A DNA stretch of 64,000 bases from Pavona decussata (lineage: Eukaryota). The translations under genes were made by a program, and so were the position numbers. The stretch lies in assembly GCA_977016875.1 (NCBI GenBank), contig CDRNST010000226.1, positions 930,001 through 994,000 on the forward strand, read 5' to 3'. Positions 1 to 11,644 of this stretch are shown here, one piece after another (position 1 is the first letter of the stretch; each line of letters starts with the position of its first letter). Under the pieces are notes generated by a model. That model worked only from the letters and a program-made list of their open reading frames with translations. It was not told the DNA's origin and did not search any database.

Positions 1-433
1 ATTCTCTAAATGTACAGCAGTAGCTATGTATGTGGGATACTTTTGATGCACTCTTTGAAAAAAAAGTTGCTAGAATCATAGTGTATAAGTCCTTATAAAG
101 ATGACAAGCAATCCGTCGCTCTCATTGGCGGATCCATACTTTCAAGTAATTTGGGAGGGAGGGAATGGCGTTCGACCTACTTGTCTTCGTGAAAAGAAAT
201 ATCTTGGCGTCTCGACCCTACCGGCCTCGGTTTTGGTGTAAGAAATAAGGGGGTGGGGGGGGGGGGGGAGGGCCTTTTCCTTGATCCGCTAATGATTTTA
301 TTATAGTTGGCCTTCCTTGATCATGATGTCTCGACTAATTGACATGTAAAAGTAGAGAGCCACATGGGCAGGCAATCATTAATACAATTAACTTTCCTTT
401 TACAATGTTAAGTTTCCTTTTTTAATTTTACAG

Positions 434-1288
434 AACAACGGGACAACCACGATCATAGCAAAAAGAAACACCGTTGACGATGCAAGGAAAGAAAGACACA
501 AGGAAAGAAGACAGCGTGTTGAGTTGGTGCTGATTAGCGTGTCACTAGCGGCCATCATCTTTTCACTGATTATACTCTCATGCATCCGGTATGATTTATT
601 TGCTCATTTTGTAGTTTTTATTTCTTGTTTTGGTTCACCTCGTACTGTATGCTATCAATAAATACTTTTCTCCTTGTTGATCTAATTATCCACCTGTGAA
701 CAAAACCTGAATAATATTTCCCTCAATTCTTTTTCTGATGAACTTGTCTTGAGCCTTCTCCAATCTTCTCCTCGAGCAAATTATGCGCTTGAAATTTTTG
801 ATTAGTCAACACATGACAAATTGTGATTCAATTCTTCGATGAAACGTCGAGAACTAACTGCAAATTAATGCTTCAATAGCATTTTAAATTTAAAGGATTA
901 AAGTAACATTGTACATGATCCAAATAATTTGTAATTTTTTTGCCCAAAGGACACAGTCACCGCAGTCAGCGGAAAAGCTATTTATCCACAAAAACTTCCT
1001 TCTTTCGTGGGGTCTTGGATACGCTGTTTACATTGTGGATGTAACTGCTTTTGAAAACAGGAATCAATGGCCTGTAAGTAGAATGAAGACCGCAAAACGT
1101 TGTCCGGCAGGTTTGCATCAGTTAGCCCTGGTTCAAAAGACACATTTGAAGGAAGGTGGTTATACTTAAGGACCATCCGCTTTAGTTTAGCAGCAGGGCT
1201 CGCAGAGGAGAAGGGAGAGGGGGTGGGGGAGAGTATCTTTGGTCTATTGGTTGACGGAGACGTATGAAGACCCTATTCTTTTTCTTTC

Positions 1289-1334
<46 letters not shown>

Positions 1335-4300
1335 GTGGGGTGGAGCCGGGGGTGGAGATATTAAGGATAAGGACTGGGAGCTTTCTTAGGATTCAGTTAA
1401 TGTGCGGAAAAAAGCACTTTTTTGTGGGGTTACGATCTGGGGGTTTCGACATTTTTGGGGGCCTGCCTAATAGCCCAAGAGGACTTTTTTGGGTCTTCCA
1501 AATGGGCCTCATTCACACCTTCCCGAGTTCCCCCCTTTATAAGAACAAACTTACAAGCCCAAAAATTTGAGGTGAGACATGAATATTCTGTTTGTATGAG
1601 CTTGAATAGTTAATAAAACGGCACAAGAGGCTGCCATTTATCTCAGTGTTTACTCCCAATAGTGGAGATATCAAAACACAATTTTGACCAGAAATAGTGA
1701 CCGGCTTCTTATTTCTGCTCTTAATATCACTGCTGGATTGAACATTCAGATCACGAGAATAAAGGAAACGATCACTAAAGATAACATGCATTGATTGATA
1801 AACAAATTCTCTCAAATAGGCCTATATTAATATGAAGATAATAGTAGGGAGAATGTACATGTTGATATTAGGAAATAAAGGGTTAAAGGTGGATGTTGGA
1901 AAAAGGAAAAGGGGTGGGGGCTGGTATAATAAGAGATAACCAAAATAGAGGAAATTTAACAAAAAAATTAAAGTTACTTTTCCTTTCTTCATTTCCACGT
2001 AAACCAGTCTTTGTTAATATTTTCAGGCTCTCTGCACGGCAGTCGCCGTGGTCCGCCATTTCTTTCAAACGGCCCTCTTTACTTGGATGTTGGTTGAGGC
2101 AGTGAATCTCTTCATTAAACTGGTCAAAGTGATATCAACCAGGAAATTTTACATGACGTACCTTGCTATTGGATGGGGTAAGTCGTGAGATACTGTCATA
2201 CAGTTAAGTTTATTTTCAACTATGAAAAAAAAAAAATGGTATAAATAAAGTTTTTTTCTGGGGGTATCAGTACGACTACTTTATCCTTCACAACTGAAGG
2301 TAAACTAACGTTTTTAGTGGCGTAACAATTTTATATAAAGTAAAATGAGAGTTTTGAGAAATCTGTTCGGTGCACACTTGGTTGACCGTTGCCAAACGGA
2401 ATGATCACATCATTAACTTGGTTGAGTTGGCTTGGTCAATTTGTTATCCGTCGGCTCATCGGGTTGTTCGTTCGTTCTTGCCAGTGCGCACTCGGTCGAC
2501 CATACGACCACTAGTTCGGTCATTCCGTATCCGTCAGCTCATCTGGTTGTTCGTTCGTTCGTTCGTTCTTACCGGTGCGCACTCGGTCGACCGTCCGATC
2601 GTTAGCTCGGTCGTTCGGCTATCCGTCGGCTCATCTCGTTTTTGTTCGCTCTTTCGTCCGCTTCTGTGTTTGTTAACGTTTCTGGTTTGTCCAGTTTTTC
2701 CTCCGTTTGACCAGTTCTCCTTGCGATATTTTATAAGCAATTAAATGAAATTTACTTAAAGCTGTATTTTTTTTACTTATGGCCTTAATGCTAAAGAGGA
2801 AAGACTTATTCTTCTTCCTTAAGCTCATCCACAAAAAAGCCTTAATTTTGTTCGGCAAATTGTTAACTCAAACAGGCTTTCGTAACACTAGGAAACTAAT
2901 ACCTTCCGTTTTCGGAGAGTTAAATATCTCTCTGCAATTGCGAAATAATAATTCGGGAAATAAAACATCCTCGAGCTCTTCTTAAAACATTCTGCAACTT
3001 AAATTTTCAGCTAAAGTATCTGAACAGATCAAACTGTATTAGACTACACAGATATGCCGCCTTTAAAAGGACACAAAACTATCTGTGAACAAAGGAGACA
3101 GCATTTTAAGTGTTTTGCTTAAATGTTCGCTTTGGGTGACCCTCATGATAACTGATCACACACGCAAGGAAATAATTGCTTTGACGACAAAGGGGAATCA
3201 ACAGAGTGAATTTGACTGACTCTGAACAGAAGCACACGCCACTTTTTATTTCCTAATAAGGAATTCTTTATTCCAGGCATCCCGGCTGTTATTGTTGGTA
3301 TAACAGCTGCAGCAAGGACAAAGACGTACGACATGAGCCAGCCAATCAAAGAGTACTTCATGTGCGGAGCACTGAACTTTACCTCGGAAGTCGAACAAAC
3401 AAGGTACAACATTTTGACTGAAATGTCGTACATCCTTAAAGGGGAAGTGTCACCGGTTTTTTTCTTTTTTTTCTTTTTTTTTACTTTTTTGGTGAAAATG
3501 ATGAAAAAATACCTTCACAAAATAATTCTAGAACACCAACAAGAAAGAAATCAGCTGAATTCTAGAATTGCTTGGTCTTACTAATTTCATTTTGCTAGAC
3601 TGAGACCGGAAGATGATTTAATGGCCACTATTTAATTTCTTAGACATGGTATAATAGCTGTTATACCACGGCCACTAAACCAATCAAAGTCCGGAATTGC
3701 ATTATCCAATGATCCAATTTTTCATAACAAACAACATATCACATTGCAATTTAGTTGTTGGTTGAATGGGAACAAGTGGATTTACACTGGACCTGTCTTG
3801 GCAATACTTGTGGTAAGTATCGCTGTAGACTCAGTAATTCTCGTAACTACTATTTATTGTTCAAGATCAATGCTTTAATTGAAGAAATGATGTCAGTTAA
3901 GTAAATAATGTTTGAGTAGAATTGTGTAGTCTTCGGTATTGAGCCAGAGGACTGGCAATTTTGTTTGCATTCATTTCCGTATTGAGTGTATACCTGGGTG
4001 GATTGATCAATGGACTAATAACCGCTGTCTTTCAATCAAGTGTGTCTTTATATACTGTGCTGTATAATATTAATCCATTTCTGTTACGCCAAACGATTGG
4101 AAGCAAGCAGGGCTGACTTTGTTTTGATACAAACCTCACTGCTTTTCATATGAAAATCAAGTTGTTCTCATGCTGTAAATTAGTTTATATGTACGTATGA
4201 GAGGCAGTAAGGTTTGTATCAAACTCCAGCCTCGTATTCATTCAAAGGTGCGGTCACTAAGCACACAACTGTAAAATGAGTTGTTGAACCATGTTGGCCA

Positions 4301-7300
4301 CCATGTTGAGGATGGGTCACTTTCGTCTAAAATCGTGAGTGTCCCAGTACAGACCCACTCCTAATAACAAACACTGATTTTGAATTTTTCTGTTTCATTT
4401 CTTGTACAATGAAGTTTATCTAAGTTTAGACAGTGTACGTCAGAGGCCCTTCTTTGACTTTACAGTAAATCATTTGCATTCCCTTGTAATTTCAAACGGT
4501 TATTGATTAAAATCTAGTTTGCATCGGTGTTGTGTGAATTTTACGTTAATCGCCTAAAGCAGCGTACCTTAGGCGCACTAACAAAGCTACTCTGAAAGAA
4601 CAAAGCTTGGATATACCTTGTATTAGTCGTGTTACTTACACTGTGTTGTCTTTACCGTCGTTTTCATGACCGTAAAATTATTCGTACAAGCAAATACATC
4701 TTGTTTACTTCCTATTCCTTCCGCAGGTCAACTTGGTGATCTTTGCTATGTTGATCAAAGTCGTGTTTGGTAAGCTGGGTACCAAGTATCAAAAGGACCG
4801 GCTAATGATGACAAGGTATATATCCCAGCAGTGTGCAAGATGTTTAATTTGTCCCATGAACCTAGCTTAATGGTCTGATCATGAGATTCCACGAGTCTCC
4901 TGTAGCTCAGCTGTAAAGCATCTAAACTAGTAATCGGAAGGTCTTAGGTTCGACTCCTGTTGGAAGAATTCAGATTTCCTTTTCCTGAGTATGCCTGTGT
5001 CACTCATGAATAATGCATTATTCTCAAAGTATATATTACAGACTCCCGCTGGCTCGAAAACCGACTGTCCTAGATCTTTCGCTTTGTAGAACATATCTCC
5101 ACTGCTGAGCTAGTAGATGTCTATTTAGCCTGCCTAGTAAGTGATTCCGTTGGGTTCTCTCCGTTTTTCACTTCTTGACGCGCAAATGTTGGGACGAGAG
5201 CTCCTTCTCTTCCCTTCCCTCCCATCCTCCCAATTTTTGCTCACGTCCCGAAAACGTATGAAATCCCTCAAAAACGCCTGCTAAAGCAGGCTAAAGAAAG
5301 TGAAACGTTCCATAACTAAAAAGTTTCAATATCAGCTAGTTATAGAGCTAAATACTTTAAGGTTTCAGAAGAAAACTAACACCGGCTAGATTTCAGGCTC
5401 TTGTAAAATGGACAAAAAAGCTAACCCCAATTCCTTTTTATGCAATATCGTTATAAAATTAAAAAAACGAACATCGTTCTCAAGAAGAAGAGATAGAAGT
5501 GGCACACAACGATGATGATGATTGAAAAGCAACTGTTCAATTTATAAGGGCTGATGGCATGGCATGGACAGTCAGGCATTCAGTCAGTCAGTCAGTCAGT
5601 CAATCAGTCAGTCAGTCAGACAGTCAGACAGTCAGCCAGCCAGTCAGTCAGTCAGTCAGTCAGCCAGTCAGTCAGTCAGTCAGTCAGTCAGTCAGTCAGT
5701 CAGTCAGTCGTTTCCTTTGGATGCTGTTTACAGTAATTCACGTAACTGGAAGTTCCGCGTTCTCCTTGGTTGTTAGAGATAGCGATAGTCAGTTACTAGT
5801 AGAATAGTCATGAATAACTCTTGCCTTAAAGGAAGTCGTATTTCCAGTAGACGTTGATGCTCTAGTTGAAAAAATCCAGTTGTGGGCCTGTAGGCTTGTG
5901 CTACCATCAGCACAAAATAAAAAAATGGCGAAGGTTCAGAGAGACATGGAGGAATTCTGTTCGGAAAGAGAGATCATATAATGAATTTCACTCATAAAGA
6001 TAGGAATTACTTGCCTAAGATGATTAACAAAACCTTTTACATCACAGGAAAGGGCTTAAGAGTGTGGCAGTCCTGCTTCCGTTGTTGGGCATCCCGTGGC
6101 TGTTTGGGTTTTTCGTTAATCTTCATGAGGCGCTGGACTACATCTTCATCGTACTGACATCAACTCAGGTTTGATAGATCTGCTATTTCATGAATAAATA
6201 ATATATAGCTAGGGCGTGGTAGCAGTACGCACAAATTGCAAGCGTTAACACGTACACACAAGCACTATTTTACGCGTCGAAAGCAAGTCCCAGCCATTTT
6301 ACTTCTTCAAATACTTCCAATTTTGACAGCACCATTTTTCACCAAAGTGGGATAGTAGAGATTAGTAGTTTTGTTATGAGTGGCACTGAAAACATCACAA
6401 ATGGAATGATATCAATAATATTCTGAGTTTTAGGGCGCTTTCAAATTGTCAGAACTGGCCGGCCTGGCCAATCACTTCGTAAACGGAATGTACTAAATTG
6501 AAGGAAAAGTTTTATCCTAGTCATTAGAATTTCTTCAAAATAGCGCGTACCATTTTCGAACAGATTATTTTACAATCAGCACCTTCCCTTCAAAATGACA
6601 CATTCTATTTACCGACTGGCCGGTCTAGTAGCCCGCTTCTGACAAAGGTAAAGTGTCCTTGGTAAGAGAAGTGGGCATAACGAGAGTACTCAGTATTTAA
6701 TAAGAAGCCATCTTGGTTAGTGGTAGGGAAGGTTGAAGGCTGAACTTGTCTGGCTGACCTCATGGACAAAATCTATCGGCCTTAAAAGTGAGTACGAGAC
6801 AGAAATAGTCTACTTGCAAGAAACGGACGTCTGACGTAAGGTAGCGCAGGAATTAAAAGGTTTATCGTTCAACGCTTTTCCCTGTCTTTACTCCTTTCAG
6901 AGTAAGTAACATATACAAAAAGAGATCAACATTTTTTTGTGGGGTGGGTCCTGTCTGAGTGCAACAGTTTTGGCTGAGTCCCTTATGTACTTGTCTGATT
7001 CTCTATTCGTCCACAGGGAATGGTGTTCTGCGTCTTTCACTGCCTTTTGGACGGTCAGGTAAGAAAAGCGTGCAAACAAGCATTAACGTTGTGACAAATT
7101 TACGGAAATATAGTCACCGCGGCTTTGACTGTAAGTCCCGAGGAAGGCGATACTCAAAAACGTTTCATATGGGGAGGGTCGATTCAGCATCTTACCCTAC
7201 CGAACAGCGAATGATACCAAAATGTTGCCCCTTTCTTGTACATGAAAGAAATGCTAAATTCTCAATTTTTCCGGTGGAAACGAGTCGAATGTTTGCGTTG

Positions 7301-8565
7301 TAATTTCTGCCAGTAATTCAGTCTGCTAAGTTTTGCTACCCTCTATTGACTACGTATACGACTGTAAAAAACGCACCCCTTTCGAGGGGGGCCTCGCTAT
7401 GTAGCTCGGAAATACCACCCGGAGAATCTAAGTGCTGGCCATCCCCCTCCCCCCATATTAACTGAGCTTGGCAGTCAGGGGTTGGTAGTTATGGTTAACT
7501 GATTATATTCCCGCACAACACACGAATTATGCGAAGTAAAAAGCGTCCTTTGTCTTGCTTTTTCTCAGGTGAGAAGGGCAGTGATGCAGAGATTCAAAAG
7601 CTCACACACCAGCCAGGTATTGAAAAACCAGCGTCCACTTGTATCATTCCACCGTGGTATTTTCTTGTAATGTTTCTGTCAGTAAGAGTTTTAACGGTTT
7701 CTTAGCCATCCAAGGTATTTTAACTATCATAGCAGCTGAAGTTAGAGGGTATGTAATTCACTTTTAGTTCATGTTGTGGTGATCAGGAGTTTTTAGTTAA
7801 TTTAGTTACCACTCATAAAAACGGAAATAAAAAGTAGAACGATCAGTTGCTCTTCTTGCAAAGGTACAGGGGGTCTGGTAGCGAGCTTGGTCATATCAGT
7901 ACTTACTGGGTTGATATGACATGCGATATTTGTCCTATATAGTACTAGGATCAGTATTTAATCGCTTAGTGAAGTGGCAGAGAGATGGTCATTAAGCAAG
8001 TAAACTGTCTTTCTAAAGGAGTAACTAAAAGAAAAATAGAATACATTTAACAAACCGACGGCAGTCTTCTATGGTCTATACTCTTATAGACCATAAAATG
8101 ACGTCAAAAAATGTTCAAAACTCAAGTGGAACCACGAGCCGCAAGCGAGTGGTTTCACTGCCAAGTTTTGGACATTTTATGGCGTAATTTTATGGTCTAT
8201 AAGAGTATAGACCATAGAAAACTGCCTTCGATTTGTTTTTTACAATAACATGAAAAATGTACGAGCGGAATTGGCTATTTTTTCCGTTGAGAACGCGCGC
8301 GCGTTACATCTGACGTCATTTTTATTGTCTGTACTCTTACAGACAATAGCTACGAGCCATTCAGCGCGCGGGAATTTGGACAGTTATTGTAAAAGAGCTT
8401 TTTGATGAATTCTATTTTCCCATGAATCTACTTACGTGTCGCTTGCAGAACATTTTACCAGGAAAACGAAGAACGGCGTATAAAGTAAACAGAAATGCTG
8501 ACACGGAACTTGTAAAGAAACAGACGACGAATGGAACAAACGAGACGTTTAAAGAGATAGCATAG
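434..8565 (+). CDS. Adhesion-type (class B2/latrophilin-like) GPCR: 7TM region and C-tail; 5' end lies outside the window
   Basis: Phase-consistent GT-AG exons at 434-588, 950-1073, 2027-2177, 3277-3403, 3755-3812, 4727-4815, 6048-6168, 7017-7058, 7569-7616 and 8449-8565 (TAG). They encode family-B motifs: TM2 IHKNFLLS, TM3 CTAVAVVRHFFQTALFTWMLVEA, TM4 GWGIPAVIV, ECL2 CWL, TM5 GPVLAILVVN, TM6 LLPLLGIPWLFG, TM7 STQGMVFCVFHCLLDGQVR. The last exon is less certain. Confidence 0.9.
2369..2660. repeat. Degenerate tandem repeat, three ~100-bp units
   Basis: gtgcgcactcggtcgacc and tccgtcggctcatc each recur three times in degenerate form, with (TTCG)n filler. Confidence 0.6.
4823..5026 (+). mobile_element. 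Second copy of the tRNA-Thr-derived element, in a different register
   Basis: Aligns to 62730-62899 and then continues into sequence matching 62636-62660. Confidence 0.75.
5569..5709. repeat. (CAGT)n microsatellite
   Basis: Directly visible. Confidence 0.95.
8050..8393. repeat. Palindromic interspersed repeat (second copy ~35850-36045)
   Basis: ctatggtctatactcttatagaccataaaat...attttatggtctataagagtatagaccatag inverted arms around a central hairpin. Confidence 0.75.
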
Positions 8566-11500
8566 GATGTTACAAAACTGCAAAAGCCGAGGAGGGACTT
8601 CGGACTTCTGACTTCGGACCACTGACTTCGGACTTTCGAGTTTGGATACAGTTTGCAACACCTACATAACTGATCAGAGCCAAAGAGGGTATTTTTTCTC
8701 AAGGAACGATTAGGGATGTCCCTTCCGAAAGCGGAAAAAGCGGAACATATCACATCAAACAGTTGATAACTTTTAAAAAGTTGAAAATACAGATTCTGAT
8801 TCCATTTTACCTTCAACGGCCCCCGCAGACGTAATACATTTATTAGAATTAAAAGTGATATAAATGAATGTGCTTAAATTAACAAGCAGGGTTTTCCGAT
8901 AAAACAATTCTTTTGCCTAATCGGCCAGTTTTACAGGTAGGTAGCTGTTAGAGTGGCTGACATGATTCGCTGTAAAACAATAGCAAAGGAATTAACGGCT
9001 CACTTGATTGGCTGAAAAACAATAGCGAAGTAATTAACGGCTAATATGATTGGCTGAAAAAACAATAGCGAATGAATAAACAAACAACAGAAACAATGAA
9101 CCCTAACCCTGAAACAAAAGAGCTGCTTGATTTACAGGTCCAACGAAATAAGAGGTTCTAATGAGCTGTGTGCTATCTGAGAATATGATGATTGAAATGA
9201 AACTTCTCTAAAAGATACTGATTGAAATTTATTAGGGCAATCAAAGAGAATTTGAATTAATATATTAATGATGTTGATTTTTAATTGATTTCTCCCAGGC
9301 ACGTACAATGTTTAGTGCTCTTTAACTGTACATATGTTTGAAACAATTTAAGAAAACGGTAGTGAATTTATAAACTTAATTCATATATTAGAGAATAAAG
9401 TTTATCCAAGAATACTAAAGGTGTCAGTGGCTTAGCTCTTGTGTAAATAGTTGTGTAAATAGGGAGACCTGGTGGTAGAAACCAGTCTCCTTTTGGTAAT
9501 TCTGTGTCCTTGTTTTCACGTGCACGTACACAAGCCAATGAATTCCCGTCACCAGATCTCCTCTTGTATTAGTGTGGCATGAAGTCGAGGTCGATGGTGA
9601 TCAAGAACGCATTTAGCATCCTTTGCCTCTAATGAGATATGTAGTCATGGACTCGACGCCTGTTCATCGAAGAGGCGAACCGGTGAAGTGAATCCACCAT
9701 GTACGTTGTCAGCATACAAAGCAGATGGCTGACAGAGTGAATAATAGCGTATTTCTAACAACATTTCTTTGGAAAATAATGATGAAAAAACCTCTTTCAT
9801 CAGAAATGTCACATCTTTTACAACAAACACCGAACCGTCGAAGTTCTATCACTGAAAAAAACACGGATGAAAATCAAAAGATAATTTGCATATTTCTGCA
9901 CAAAAAAAATTGTTTTCTTCTTTTAAGTGTCATTTCAACACCACCTTCTTACACTGAATCCTTTTTTCAGATTTTGTCGGTTTGAAGAGCACCATTCTCG
10001 GCAAGGCCATAGCATGCATCAGCCTGAGGCAATCATGACCGGAAGGATTCCATCAGACGAGCACTAAAAAGACATTTTGTACTGTTTCGAGTCTTCCAAA
10101 CCGGCAATAGGCCATTTCCGAGTTGCTTTGAGCCTTATTACGAAAGCGAGGCTAATTGCAAAGCTATTTCGGCATGTCGCGGCATTGGTCAGATTTCATG
10201 TTTTCTGCGTGGAAAAAAGAGCTATATATCTATTTGAATTAACGTTGTGAGCTTATTACGCAGCAGAATCTTTTGCCTGAGCCGTCTTTTTCTTGTCTGC
10301 GAGCACGAGAAAGTTGAGTGCTGGCGAGTATGATAATTTCATTCGTAATGCACTCTGCTTACATGGATTCATGTTTAAAACAGCTGCATATACTATGTTC
10401 CCATCGTGAGTTGTATAAGGCACGCCCATTCTCAGCCATGCAGCGTATGTACTCTAATTAAACTGGCTTGGGGCTTTTATTACTCACTTACTCGAGGGCA
10501 AGTCAGACAAACGGAAATTGAAATATCCTTTAAATAAATGAAAGTTGTGAATATAAAACATGCGCTTCTTCAAATCCCCCAAGTGACAATTTCACGGAGC
10601 AGTGCTTATAAGTTCAGATGTACTTCTGAGAACTGTTTCTTAAAAACAGTTTATTGCTGGGATTAAAACACAACACTTTAAGGGGTTCAGAAGATTATAT
10701 TAATTGCTTATTTGTCCACCGTCAGCTATCGTATGGCCGAACATGCTTAATTGGGATTGTTAAAAATTGCTCCAAGATTTATAACATTTGAGCTCACGAA
10801 GAAATTCTTTTCGTGGACACTTTGTTGGAACAGTTGTGATATAGTGATAAGCAGTTTTAATCGCAAAGAAGCGACGTTTGTATAGTCTGTCACCGCATAC
10901 TTGATTAGTTCCGGACTTGAGTCTTGGCCGGTGAGGATCATATGATATCGTTAGTATACAATTTAAACGGCGTTGCTATCATAAAATTACAACGTATGTA
11001 TAATGTTCAATCAGTACATCCCACCTTTAAACCTGCCAATTTTTAAAAGTAGAACTGATATTTCTAGTTTTGGGAAAGATCGTTGTATCAGTGTGCTTTT
11101 TCGATTGTTTCATTTCTTTTAACGCAAAGAAAAGAAAGTGAGATTGCATATTTTGGCAGTTTTGGTGTCACGAAGATAACGACCAATGGTACCACTCAAG
11201 TACGTGTTACAAATTGAATTCAATAACTCATAGCTATGTTAGTTTTATCGATATACATTTATATGCACAAGAATTGATGTTAAAAACACTGATATCTTAA
11301 ATTCAGGAAAAAAAATTTTAATTTTACCTTCCACTCAATGTAACTCTCACAAAAATTCCAAACAAACATTTAGCTTAATATGCCCCCAAACGATAAAACC
11401 AACATTGGCGTGAAACACAATCGTTCTACAAACACACCTGCGGACGTAAACCCAAGGCGTCTCAGAAAAAAGAAGATAAATACAAAAGAGAGGGCGATGA

Positions 11501-11644
11501 AAAACAAACGTTTCCCAAATATACCTTGACTAACTCATACAGTTGAAAATGTAACTGGATTCGGGGGTACAGTATTCTTTCTAACTGACTCTACTGAAGG
11601 AATACGGCGTCAACTTAAAAGATAAAATAGATTATATTGTTATT

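Noticed and set aside
5554-5807. SQSV-repeat ORFs
   Set aside because: These are translations of the (CAGT)n microsatellite. The same applies to 40336-40575, 49864-50308 and 50508-50786.
9098-9110. Telomeric repeat
   Set aside because: Only two units, internal to a repeat. Not a telomere or interstitial array.
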